A stretch of DNA of 32,000 nt from Xylanibacter ruminicola 23 (GCF_000025925.1 NC_014033.1:570001-602000); one strand, 5' to 3'; positions 24,656-32,000 are shown, numbered from the stretch's first letter. Numbers and translations are program-made. The notes: generated from the sequence alone by a model not told the origin.

Positions 24656-24816
24656 CGTTTTTAGGATTTCGTAATTAATAGTGCTCGAAATTCTTCTCTG
24701 GATTTGTTCCCTAATCCGAGAGGTTTGTAGCGCATTGTGGCAAACGGGAGGTTTGTCCGAACCATGAAGGTTCATTATTCGTATTTCCGAGGGAAGGAAT
24801 ATTTTTAGTACGAGTA
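24656..24816 (+). promoter_or_regulatory. Structured 5' leader of the efflux operon with a 14-codon uORF (24764-24808)
   Basis: Hairpins occur at 24664-24671/24686-24693, 24696-24704/24713-24722, 24739-24745/24751-24757 and 24759-24763/24769-24773. The direct repeat gaggtttgt occurs at 24720-24728 and 24748-24756. The uORF encodes MKVHYSYFRGKEYF. Confidence 0.35.
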
Positions 24817-26229
24817 ATGAATTATAAGAGAAAAAATTTCTTTGTAATGAGTAGTCGCAAGTATTTTTGTGCTCTGACAGTCTCGATGATCGTCGGAGCA
24901 GGGTGCTGTGTACCTACGTATGCACAGCACAAGATGAGTCTTCAGTCGCTTTTTGACCTGGCTGACCGTCAGAATCAGCGCATCAAGGTGAGCGAGGCGG
25001 CATTGAAGGCAGCAGAAGAAGGGGTGGCATCGGCAAAATCTGCCATGTTGCCAAGTGTTGAATTCAGCTTGCAAGGCTCTTACACGGGCAATGCTTTCCT
25101 GATGTCAAGAGGTTTCTCTACCAGTGGCACCACGGAGTATATCGTTCCTGGGTTGGGCCCTCAACAGGTGCAGAATGGCAAGCAGCCCACACCACATTGG
25201 GGCAACAGCTTTACCGCCCAGGCCAGCCAGGTGATCTATACTGGTGGGGCCATCAGCTCAGGCATTGAAATGGCAAAGCTGGGACGCCAGTTGGCAGAGC
25301 TTGATGTGGAGAAGAATCGCCAGGAGGTGCGCTTCTTGCTTACCGGTTATTATCTTGACCTCTACAAACTGCAGAACCAACTGCAGGTGATAGCGAAAAA
25401 CATAGAACTGACAGAGAAGGTCATCGAACAGATGAAGGCGCGCCGCGAACAGGGAACGGTGCTGAAGAACGACATCACGCGATACGAACTGCAACTGCAA
25501 AGTCTTCTGCTTACAAAGACCCAGCTTGATGATGCCCAGAAGATTATCCGTCATCAGATAAGCACAGCCATCCATCTGCCTGAGGGTGAGGATTTCGATG
25601 TGGATACGCAGTCGTTAGAGCAGGAGAGTAGGGCACTAAAAACACTCACCTCTGAAGACGTGTGGCAACAGACTGCAGCTGAAAACAACATTGGCATTCG
25701 TCAGGCTTCGCTGGCCACAGAGATGTCGGAACAGAAAATCAGAAACACGCGTGCGGCTTCACTGCCATCGGTGGCTGTAGTGGCAGAAAACGACCTCGCG
25801 GGTCCATATACCTCCGATCTGATTCCAAAGGATGCCAACGTTAACGTGTGGTTTGTTGGCATTGGTGTGAAATATAATCTGTCAAGTCTCTGGAAGAACA
25901 AGCATGCTATCCGTAAGGCAAAACATGAAAACATTCAAGCAGATGAACGAGTGCAGTTGGCTCGTGAAGGCGTAGAGAATGGTGTACAGGCCTGCTATAC
26001 CAATCTGCTGACCAGCTCGGTAGAGGTGAGCACACAGGAGAAACAGGTTGAACTGGCCAATCAGAACTACACCGTGGTGAGGAATCGTTACGACAACGAC
26101 CTGGCCTTGCTCACCGACATGCTCGATGCCTCGAACATGAAACTTTCTGCCGATATGGCGCTGGTGAATGCGCGCATCAACATGCTATACAACTATTTCA
26201 AACTTAAATATATAACAAATACACTATAA
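24817..26229 (+). CDS. TolC-family outer membrane efflux protein
   Basis: A signal peptide is followed by two OEP-type repeats (LSLQSLFDLA..., ...RYDNDLALLTDMLDASN). It is the first gene of a three-gene efflux operon. An alternative start exists at 24847 (MSSRK). Confidence 0.85.
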   Translation: MNYKRKNFFVMSSRKYFCALTVSMIVGAGCCVPTYAQHKMSLQSLFDLADRQNQRIKVSEAALKAAEEGVASAKSAMLPSVEFSLQGSYTGNAFLMSRGFSTSGTTEYIVPGLGPQQVQNGKQPTPHWGNSFTAQASQVIYTGGAISSGIEMAKLGRQLAELDVEKNRQEVRFLLTGYYLDLYKLQNQLQVIAKNIELTEKVIEQMKARREQGTVLKNDITRYELQLQSLLLTKTQLDDAQKIIRHQISTAIHLPEGEDFDVDTQSLEQESRALKTLTSEDVWQQTAAENNIGIRQASLATEMSEQKIRNTRAASLPSVAVVAENDLAGPYTSDLIPKDANVNVWFVGIGVKYNLSSLWKNKHAIRKAKHENIQADERVQLAREGVENGVQACYTNLLTSSVEVSTQEKQVELANQNYTVVRNRYDNDLALLTDMLDASNMKLSADMALVNARINMLYNYFKLKYITNTL

Positions 26230-26231
26230 AG

Positions 26232-27260
26232 ATGGAAAAGAATAAGATTACGACTTATATTTATAATGCGATTGTGATACTTTGTATCGTAGGCGGCGCT
26301 GTTTATGCTGCCAGTCAGTTTATGCATTTCGGTGGTGGCGAGGTGACGGATAATGCCCGTGTGTGCCAGAATATCGTACCCCAGAATTGCCGCGTGCAGG
26401 GCTTTATACGCGAGGTGCGCTTCAATGAATTTCAGGAGGTGAAGAAGGGCGATACGCTTGTTGTCATTGAGGATGCCGAGTTCCGGCTTCGTCTGGCTCA
26501 GGCAGAAGCCGATTTGACCCGTGCTGAGCGCGGTTCGCAGGGTACAGCAAGCAGTATCCATACCACTAAGACCAGTATCGGCGTGACCGAAGCAGGCATT
26601 GAAGCTGCTCGTGTGCAGATGGAGAATGCAAAGAGAGAGGATGCGCGTTTTCAGAAACTTCTGGAACAGGATGCCGTTACACAGCAGCAGTATGACAATG
26701 TCCACACGGGGTATCTGAGCGCCAAGGCCGGATATGAGCAGGCACTTCGTTCGCGCAACACACAGACGGCCGTTGTGGCAGAGCAAGGACATCATCTCTC
26801 GGCCTCAGAAGCTGCCATCGAACTGGCACGTGCCCAGGTGGAGATTGCCCGCCTGAACCTCTCGTATTGCTACATCATTGCCACTTGCGATGGTGTGGTG
26901 GGTAGCAAGGATATTCATGTGGGGCAGCTGGTTAATCCCGGTCAGACAATGGTGAGCATCGTTGACAAACATGAGAAATGGGTGGAGGCCAACTATCAGG
27001 AGTCGCAGATGCCAAATATCAAGGTGGGCGACAAGGTGCGTTTTACGGCCGATGCCGTGCCCGATGTGGAGTATACCGGTGTGGTAGAGCGTATCAGCGA
27101 TGCAACAGGTAGTGCGTTCTCGTTGGTGCCTATCGACAATGCCACCGGCAATTTCGTCAAGGTGGAGCAGCGCGTGACGGTGCGTGTGAAGATTGATGTC
27201 AACGATGAACTGCAGAAGCTGCACGGTGGTTATAACGTTGTTTGCAAGGTAGAAGAGTAA
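26232..27260 (+). CDS. HlyD/EmrA-family membrane fusion protein
   Basis: An N-terminal anchor helix, a lipoyl-like motif (VKKGDTLVVIEDAEFRL), a coiled-coil region, and the C-terminal beta-barrel VRFTADAVPDVEYTGVVERIS. Confidence 0.85.
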   Translation: MEKNKITTYIYNAIVILCIVGGAVYAASQFMHFGGGEVTDNARVCQNIVPQNCRVQGFIREVRFNEFQEVKKGDTLVVIEDAEFRLRLAQAEADLTRAERGSQGTASSIHTTKTSIGVTEAGIEAARVQMENAKREDARFQKLLEQDAVTQQQYDNVHTGYLSAKAGYEQALRSRNTQTAVVAEQGHHLSASEAAIELARAQVEIARLNLSYCYIIATCDGVVGSKDIHVGQLVNPGQTMVSIVDKHEKWVEANYQESQMPNIKVGDKVRFTADAVPDVEYTGVVERISDATGSAFSLVPIDNATGNFVKVEQRVTVRVKIDVNDELQKLHGGYNVVCKVEE

Positions 27261-28891
27261 TGGGAAAGCTGACTGAGTTTTTGATGAAGGCACCACCGCC
27301 ACCAGCAGGTATGGGGTTCGCTATGCCGATGATGAAAGGGTGGGTGCCTCGCAAGTTGCAACCTTGGATTTACGTCCTTACGGCTCTGTGCTTCCAATTC
27401 TCGGGTGGCATCTATCTAGGTGCGCTCGACGAGATTCGTGGCACCACCAACTTCATGATTGAGGATGTGATGTTTCTGCTCTATGCCACGCTGGCAGGCA
27501 TGGCCGTGTGGTTCCCCATGCTGTTCAGGATGAAGTTCCGCTTCACCAATCAGCAGCTGCTGTGCACCTCGGCCATCGTGATGGGCATCTGCAACGTTAT
27601 CACCATGCATAGCCAGTCGATGCCAGTCCTCATGTTGGCCTGCTTTATTGCGGGCATAGCCAAGATCCAGGGCACGTTCGAGTGTATGAGCAACATCCAG
27701 TTGTGGATTACGCCAAAGCGCGACTTCGCCGTCTTCTTCCCTGTGCTCCACATCATCCTTCTCACCGCCATCGAGGGTGGGGGATGGCTTGCTGCCTGGA
27801 TGGGGCATCATTTTACATGGCAGATGATGCACACCTTTACCGTAGGCACCATGTCGTTCGTGCTGCTGTCACAGATAGTGCTGTGTCGTCCGTTCTGTCC
27901 TATGCCCAACAGGTTCTCGCTGAAGGGGACCGATTGGCAGGGCGCTTTACTCATCTGCGTCACAATGCTTCTGTTCTCGTACATCTTTGTCTATGGCGAT
28001 CACTACAGGTGGTTCGCAAACCGGCATATCAGAATGGTGGGAGCTTTTGCACTCATCTTTGCAGGACTCACCCTTTACCGGCTGATTCACAACCGCTATC
28101 CATACGTAGAGCTTCGCCTGCTGAAATGCCGCAATGTGGTACCCATACTCATCGTCACCATATTGGCAGAACTGGCTTTCGGTGCCGAGCATACACTTGA
28201 GGAGATACTCTACACAGAGGTCGTCGGATTGGAAGAACTCACCAAGGAGAGTCAGTACATGTGGGCATTGCCAGGCATGTTCCTGGGTATAGCGTTCGAC
28301 CTCTACTGGCTAAAGGTTCAGAAGTGGAAGGTATGGAAACTGATAGGTATAGCCTTCCTCTCCATCAGCGCTTACGCCTTGCTGATGTATTCCACGTTGG
28401 GTATGGCGGTGAACATCGAGCAATACCAACTGTCAATCATGCTCCGCGGCTTTGGTTATGGTGTTCTTGCACCAACCCTGATGTGGGCTTTGGATGAATC
28501 GGTACCCAGTCTTGAGATGTTCTTTATGGGACTGTTCGTGTTCAACATCCCGCACATGTATCTTGGTGGTGCTATGGGCTATGGTTTCTATACCACCATT
28601 TTCTCGCATTTCCTGAATGAGGACATGATGAACTATGGTCGTCAGCTGACACTCACAAACCTCGACCTCTCACAATTTGATTTCGGGGCGTTCATGGGCA
28701 ATAGTTATTTGCATTCTATGATGCTCGTAGCTATTAAACAGGTGTATGGTTACGTCATCTGGTTTGCCCTGCTTCTGGCGTCTGTCTTCCTGTTGTGTGA
28801 TATTCCCGCTGTCAGAACAAACATACGCAAAGTGCCTCTATGGCCTGTATTGGCAATAGAATATCTGGCGAGGAAACATAAGAATGCTTAA
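27260..28891 (+). CDS. Divergent 14-TMS MFS (DHA2/EmrB-like) efflux permease
   Basis: The ATG at 27260 overlaps the HlyD stop (TAATG). The polytopic protein lines up loosely with EmrB features recalled from memory (loop FRMKFRFTNQQLL in place of motif A, then CFIAGIAKIQG, PKRDFAV). Canonical MFS motif A is degenerate. Confidence 0.6.
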   Translation: MGKLTEFLMKAPPPPAGMGFAMPMMKGWVPRKLQPWIYVLTALCFQFSGGIYLGALDEIRGTTNFMIEDVMFLLYATLAGMAVWFPMLFRMKFRFTNQQLLCTSAIVMGICNVITMHSQSMPVLMLACFIAGIAKIQGTFECMSNIQLWITPKRDFAVFFPVLHIILLTAIEGGGWLAAWMGHHFTWQMMHTFTVGTMSFVLLSQIVLCRPFCPMPNRFSLKGTDWQGALLICVTMLLFSYIFVYGDHYRWFANRHIRMVGAFALIFAGLTLYRLIHNRYPYVELRLLKCRNVVPILIVTILAELAFGAEHTLEEILYTEVVGLEELTKESQYMWALPGMFLGIAFDLYWLKVQKWKVWKLIGIAFLSISAYALLMYSTLGMAVNIEQYQLSIMLRGFGYGVLAPTLMWALDESVPSLEMFFMGLFVFNIPHMYLGGAMGYGFYTTIFSHFLNEDMMNYGRQLTLTNLDLSQFDFGAFMGNSYLHSMMLVAIKQVYGYVIWFALLLASVFLLCDIPAVRTNIRKVPLWPVLAIEYLARKHKNA

Positions 28892-28916
28892 CTGAGTTTA
28901 ATGGAGTGCCATACCT

Positions 28917-29294
28917 TCAATCGGTTACCACTTCATTGAAATGTTCCTTGCCCCAAGCTATCAGAGCCGTGAGTGCTGGCATCAGCGATTTGCCTGTCTC
29001 TGTCAGGGAATATTCCACTCGGGGAGGGACCTCCGGATAGACCTCACGATGTACCAGGTGGCTCTGCTCCAGATTCTTCAGCGTCTGCGAGAGCATCTTC
29101 TGGGAACAGTCCGTCATCAGACGACGGATCTCATTAAAGCGCAATATACCCGTCATTCCCGACCCTTGGTCGCCTACCCGTTGCCTTTCGCTGGTATAGA
29201 GCATATAGAGCACCAGCATAGACCACTTGTCGCCAAAACGACTCACTACTTGCCTGATAGGACAGGCTAAATACTCTGCTTTAATATCTGCCAT
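28917..29294 (-). CDS. HxlR-family winged-helix transcriptional regulator
   Basis: The start is set at MADIKAEYLACPIRQ (29294). Motifs include GDKWSMLVL, RFNEIRR, SQKMLSQTLKNLEQSHLVHREVYPEVPPRVEYSLTETG. It carries about 13 extra residues between the GDKW and RFNE motifs. Confidence 0.8.
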   Translation of the reverse strand: MADIKAEYLACPIRQVVSRFGDKWSMLVLYMLYTSERQRVGDQGSGMTGILRFNEIRRLMTDCSQKMLSQTLKNLEQSHLVHREVYPEVPPRVEYSLTETGKSLMPALTALIAWGKEHFNEVVTD

Positions 29295-29445
29295 AACTAT
29301 TGATTTTGCCGCAAGGACAGTGCCGCTCGACCTTGGTCGCTTGCTACCATCGGGACGCAAGAAACCGAATGCAATCGAGCTCGCTCGAATTGCTGAGGTG
29401 CAGCCTGTTCTCGCTGAGTTTACTCAGCAAAGGTAGCAAAAAGTT

Positions 29446-29470
29446 ACCAAGTAACATCATTATACTTGGT
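29446..29470. promoter_or_regulatory. Inverted repeat ACCAAGTA-N9-TACTTGGT in the HxlR/cupin divergent region (candidate operator)
   Basis: The 8-bp arms are perfect (29446-29453 and 29463-29470), and 9/10 match if extended. The repeat lies between divergently transcribed genes. Confidence 0.4.
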
Positions 29471-29579
29471 TAATCTAAGTTAAAGATGATTTTGCAAAAG
29501 TCCGAATCTGTCACAATTCCTACCATTTGGTAACTATGGCACAAAAAAGTGCCTTCTTGTGGGAATGAAAAACTTGCCG

Positions 29580-29587
29580 TACCTTTG
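29580..29587 (+). promoter_or_regulatory. -7 promoter box TACCTTTG for the cupin/PNPOx genes
   Basis: TAnnTTTG match 43 nt upstream of the ATG at 29631. Confidence 0.5.
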
Positions 29588-29630
29588 CAGCGTCAAAACG
29601 AACAAATAACATTTTAAACGAATAAGAATT

Positions 29631-30086
29631 ATGAAACAGATTGAGACAATTAAGAGTGGTAAGAATTACAGCGCAGTAAGCGTAGGTAAGATGAGTGAGA
29701 TTATCGAGCACGTGCTTCCGATGGGCCCCAACGTAACCATTCAAGGTAAGGTATTCGCAGGTCAGGCCGTAGGTGCAACTGGCAGCGAACTGAGTTTCCA
29801 GACGCTCGTTCCTGGTCAGGACAGCGGTTTCCTGCACACCCACAAGACTCACGAGGAACTTTACATTATCCTGAAGGGTGAAGGCCAGTATCAGGTGGAT
29901 GGTGAGATCTTCCCTGTCAGCGAGGGCACCATTATCCGCGTCGCTCCCGATGGCAAGCGTGCGCTGAAGAATACTGGCAGCGAGAACCTGACTATGCTCT
30001 GCATCCAGTACAAGGCCAATGCCTTCACTGAGGCTGACAGCCCTATGACCGACGGTGTAATTCTGCAGGAAGAACTGAAATGGTAA
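29631..30086 (+). CDS. Cupin-domain protein
   Basis: Cupin motifs GFLHTHKTHEELYIILKGEG and GTIIRVAPDGKRALKNTG are present; 151 aa, divergent from the HxlR gene. Confidence 0.75.
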   Translation: MKQIETIKSGKNYSAVSVGKMSEIIEHVLPMGPNVTIQGKVFAGQAVGATGSELSFQTLVPGQDSGFLHTHKTHEELYIILKGEGQYQVDGEIFPVSEGTIIRVAPDGKRALKNTGSENLTMLCIQYKANAFTEADSPMTDGVILQEELKW

Positions 30087-30091
30087 GCGAG

Positions 30092-30559
30092 ATGTTCGAC
30101 AAAGCAATTCAGTTTCTGAAAGACCACAAAGAGATTGCCTTCGCTACCAGCGAGGGCAATTTGCCTAAGTTGCGCATCTTCCAGATTATGAAGCAGGAAG
30201 GGCATGTGCTCTACTTCGCCACTTCTGCTAAGAAGGCTGTCTATCGGGAGTTACGCCAGAATCCCAATGTTGAGATACTGGCCTACGCAGATAATATTTC
30301 CGTTAGATGTTCTGGTATGGTGAACTTCAACGTGGAAGACGATGTGAAGCGATGGATTTATGACCATAATCCCGTGCTGTCCCGCCTCTATACGAGCTAT
30401 GACCAGATGGAATACTTCTGCCTGCCAATAGCAGAGATGGACTATTTCGACCTGTCTCCAACACCGCCGGTATTCCAACATTTCGATCTCATTTCAGGCG
30501 AAATAGGCAACGGTTTCGTTGGTGAGAGATACAAGAAATTGCGATGCTCGCAGAAGTAG
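30092..30559 (+). CDS. Pyridoxamine 5'-phosphate oxidase-fold protein (general stress protein 26-like)
   Basis: The start is set at MFDKAIQFLKDHKEIAFATSEGNLPKLRIFQ (ATG 30092), 5 nt after the cupin stop. It has the typical split-barrel N-terminus. Confidence 0.65.
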   Translation: MFDKAIQFLKDHKEIAFATSEGNLPKLRIFQIMKQEGHVLYFATSAKKAVYRELRQNPNVEILAYADNISVRCSGMVNFNVEDDVKRWIYDHNPVLSRLYTSYDQMEYFCLPIAEMDYFDLSPTPPVFQHFDLISGEIGNGFVGERYKKLRCSQK

Positions 30560-30799
30560 ATACCCTGCCATGTGCCGAGATTCAACTTTTGTTAAAACTG
30601 ATGGCAAAGATAGCGATTTTACGCTGATTATTGGTAATTTTGCAACAAAAGTTCTTTTTTTTATGAAAAGCGAACAAGTTCGAGCGGCGAAAATGGGCTG
30701 CATCTCAGCAAAAAGCAAGCTTTCTGCATTCGATTTGCACCATCTTTGCCACCATATTTAAATGAATTTAGGGCAAAAGAGTATTATAAAACAAATAAT

Positions 30800-30940
30800 A
30801 TGAAGAGTTTTAAGTCAACAGCGTGGCTACTGCCACAACCAGTGCTGATTATCGGCACTTACGATAAAGAAGGAAAGCTCAAGCATAAATGCTGCAAGGA
30901 CTGTGGCCGTAGAGATTATTGTTCAGACCCGATAAAATAA
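30800..30940 (+). pseudogene. Truncated, frameshifted remnant of a flavin reductase-like (flavoredoxin family) gene
   Basis: MKSFKSTAWLLPQPVLIIGTYDKEGK matches the N-terminus I recall for this family (..P.PVLIIGTYDE.GK.NAMNAAWGG). After K26 the frame yields unrelated Cys-rich residues. The +1 frame reads ..INAAR.., echoing MNAAW. The ORF ends 6 nt before the next gene, about 130 codons short of full length. Confidence 0.4.
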
Positions 30941-30946
30941 ACGAAT

Positions 30947-31462
30947 ATGAGGAAATCAAGCAGAGAAATGGATGCCACCTTCGCTTTTGAGGTGCTGGAT
31001 AAGGCTCCGTATGTCACCGTCAGTTTTACACGACTAGATGGTAGCCCTTATGGTGTACCCTTGTCATTGGTACGTACAGACGATAAGACTTTCTACTTCC
31101 ATTGTGCTATGGAAGGAGAAAAACTGGACTGTATAACAGCTAACCCGATTGTTGCATTGTCGGCAGTCACCAGATGCACTCCTACCGTTGGCCCAAAGGA
31201 CGGAAGTTTTTCACTCCAATATAAATCAGCGATGGCAGTTGGAAAAGCAGAAATCGTATCAGATAGAGAAGAGAAGATAGAGGCTCTGAGGGCAATATGT
31301 CTGCGTTTTCTCCCCAAACATATGGATGCCTTTGATGATGCAATCCAGCGTAGTTTAGAAAGAACGGCAGTAGTTAAGATAACTCTTACAGCACCTCCTA
31401 CTGGTAAGCGTAAACAGTATGACAAGCAGGGGGAAGAAATGAAATGGGGACGAATGGAATGA
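30947..31462 (+). CDS. PNPOx-fold protein of the Pyridox_ox_2 / Nim-like family
   Basis: MRKSSREMD...FEVLDKAPYVTVSF...GSPYGVPLSLV....TFYFHCAMEGEKLDCITANP matches the family that includes NimA-type 5-nitroimidazole reductases; 171 aa. Confidence 0.65.
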   Translation: MRKSSREMDATFAFEVLDKAPYVTVSFTRLDGSPYGVPLSLVRTDDKTFYFHCAMEGEKLDCITANPIVALSAVTRCTPTVGPKDGSFSLQYKSAMAVGKAEIVSDREEKIEALRAICLRFLPKHMDAFDDAIQRSLERTAVVKITLTAPPTGKRKQYDKQGEEMKWGRME

Positions 31463-31505
31463 ACAAAGTACGAATCACAGCCATACGTCAGACTGTCTAT
31501 CATGA

Positions 31506-31910
31506 TCAATCGATTTTTATCTCTCTTATGACATCAAGTGGGACTTTCTTCCCGTTTGTAAACTCGATGCACTTTTCGTATTCATCGATGCGTTTCACAT
31601 TACCGGTATAAGACTGATAGGAACCTCCTGCCTTATGCTCGTCTGGCACGAAATACTCGATGGTCACAGAAGGATGCTCTGGCAATATGGAAACAATCAA
31701 TTCCATTTTTCGATTCATTTCCTCATTGCCTGATTCACTCAAACCTAACCAGTCGTCCGTCAAACGGCCTGACTCCTGAATGGCTGCGTCGTAGCCAGTC
31801 AATGCGGCGAAGGGTGCAAACTGGGCTGCACGGTTCCACATCGACATCCTTGGATGATGCTTGGGCTCGTAGTGTGGCTGATTGATGATGTCGTCGTAAT
31901 CGTTGGTCAT
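31506..31910 (-). CDS. YolD-like family protein
   Basis: HPRMSMWNRAAQFAPFAALTGYDAAIQESGRLT is followed by a C-terminal beta-rich part (VTIEYF...GNVKRIDEYEKCIEF), as in YolD-like proteins paired with Y-family polymerases. Its ATG overlaps the stop of the upstream polymerase gene (ATGA at 31907-31910). Confidence 0.7.
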   Translation of the reverse strand: MTNDYDDIINQPHYEPKHHPRMSMWNRAAQFAPFAALTGYDAAIQESGRLTDDWLGLSESGNEEMNRKMELIVSILPEHPSVTIEYFVPDEHKAGGSYQSYTGNVKRIDEYEKCIEFTNGKKVPLDVIREIKID

Positions 31911-32000
31911 GCCTTGTGTCCTCCTATTTGTTCGTTACGTTCCTTGGCAGTGGCTCCCTCCTCGAAATTCAGGCCTCTGAGGATGGCGTTCTTGCCGAAA
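31907..32000 (-). CDS. Y-family DNA polymerase (UmuC/UvrX-like), extreme C-terminus only. The gene continues beyond the window.
   Basis: My own translation of the minus strand gives ...FGKNAILRGLNFEEGATAKERNEQIGGHKA*. I recognise this as the conserved C-terminal tail of UvrX/UmuC-like polymerases found with YolD genes. Only 30 codons are visible. Confidence 0.55.
   Translation of the reverse strand, partial: FGKNAILRGLNFEEGATAKERNEQIGGHKA

Noticed and set aside
24660-24760. Resemblance of the efflux leader to the guanidine-I (ykkC) riboswitch: ttaggatttcg versus CUAGGGUUCCG, aatccgagag versus GGUCCGAGAG, acgggag versus CCGGGAG.
   Set aside because: The matches are partial and come from my memory of the consensus. 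The conserved ACACGG..GGGA..AAAAGCCCGGGAG 3' half is not present. I therefore call it only a structured leader. Rfam cmscan would settle this.
30494-30761. ORFs 30519-30761 (+) and 30494-30718 (-) in the PNPOx / flavin-reductase-stub spacer, including a 32-codon ORF after the TAATTTTG box.
   Set aside because: There are no family motifs, the ORFs overlap each other on opposite strands, and the region looks like decayed intergenic DNA. It is retained only as context in the pseudogene finding.
1-32000. CRISPR arrays, tRNA/rRNA genes, transposases, integrases, and toxin-antitoxin or known defence-system genes.
   Set aside because: No spaced direct-repeat array, no cloverleaf-like segment in any spacer over 70 nt, and no ORF with recombinase, transposase, nuclease or ATPase defence signatures was found on either strand. 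WYL proteins often accompany defence islands, but here the neighbours are a pectate lyase and dinB.

Overview
All protein calls rest on motif recognition from memory; no searches were run. The window looks like a chromosomal segment of a Bacteroidota genome (Bacteroidales, Prevotella-like). This is inferred from gene content (DUF5103/T9SS-associated protein, TonB-dependent receptor with a carboxypeptidase-regulatory-like N-domain, PL1 pectate lyase lipoprotein), AT-rich spacers without Shine-Dalgarno sequences, and many TAnnTTTG -7 promoter boxes. Positions 1-13.2 kb hold the 3' part of a membrane-tethered AraC-type regulator. This is followed by one long minus-strand housekeeping block: purU, hisH-hisA-hisF-hisIE, an ftsE-like ATPase, lysC, lysA, two glycosyltransferase-like genes, class 3 fbp and DUF5103, several joined by ATGA overlaps. 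Positions 13.3-22.1 kb carry greA, an SDR, a membrane LytTR regulator / TonB-dependent receptor / small secreted helical protein group, SIMPL, a cyclophilin, azlCD and a pectate lyase. Positions 22.2-24.5 kb hold a WYL-domain regulator, an unannotated 37-codon hydrophobic ORF and dinB. Positions 24.6-28.9 kb are a TolC-HlyD-MFS efflux operon behind a long structured leader. Positions 28.9-32.0 kb look accessory: HxlR regulator, cupin, two PNPOx-fold proteins (one Nim-like), a decayed flavin-reductase fragment, and a YolD-like gene coupled to a second Y-family polymerase that runs off the window. I saw no rRNA, tRNA, CRISPR array, transposase or integrase. The most notable items are these. (1) The WYL regulator / micro-ORF / dinB neighbourhood is a candidate LexA-independent DNA-damage module. 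(2) Two inverted 31-nt GC-rich hairpin units are read through in frame inside hisH. (3) A perfect 10-nt direct repeat with 20-bp periodicity lies between a membrane LytTR regulator and a TonB-dependent receptor operon. (4) A multi-hairpin leader with a 14-codon uORF precedes the efflux operon.
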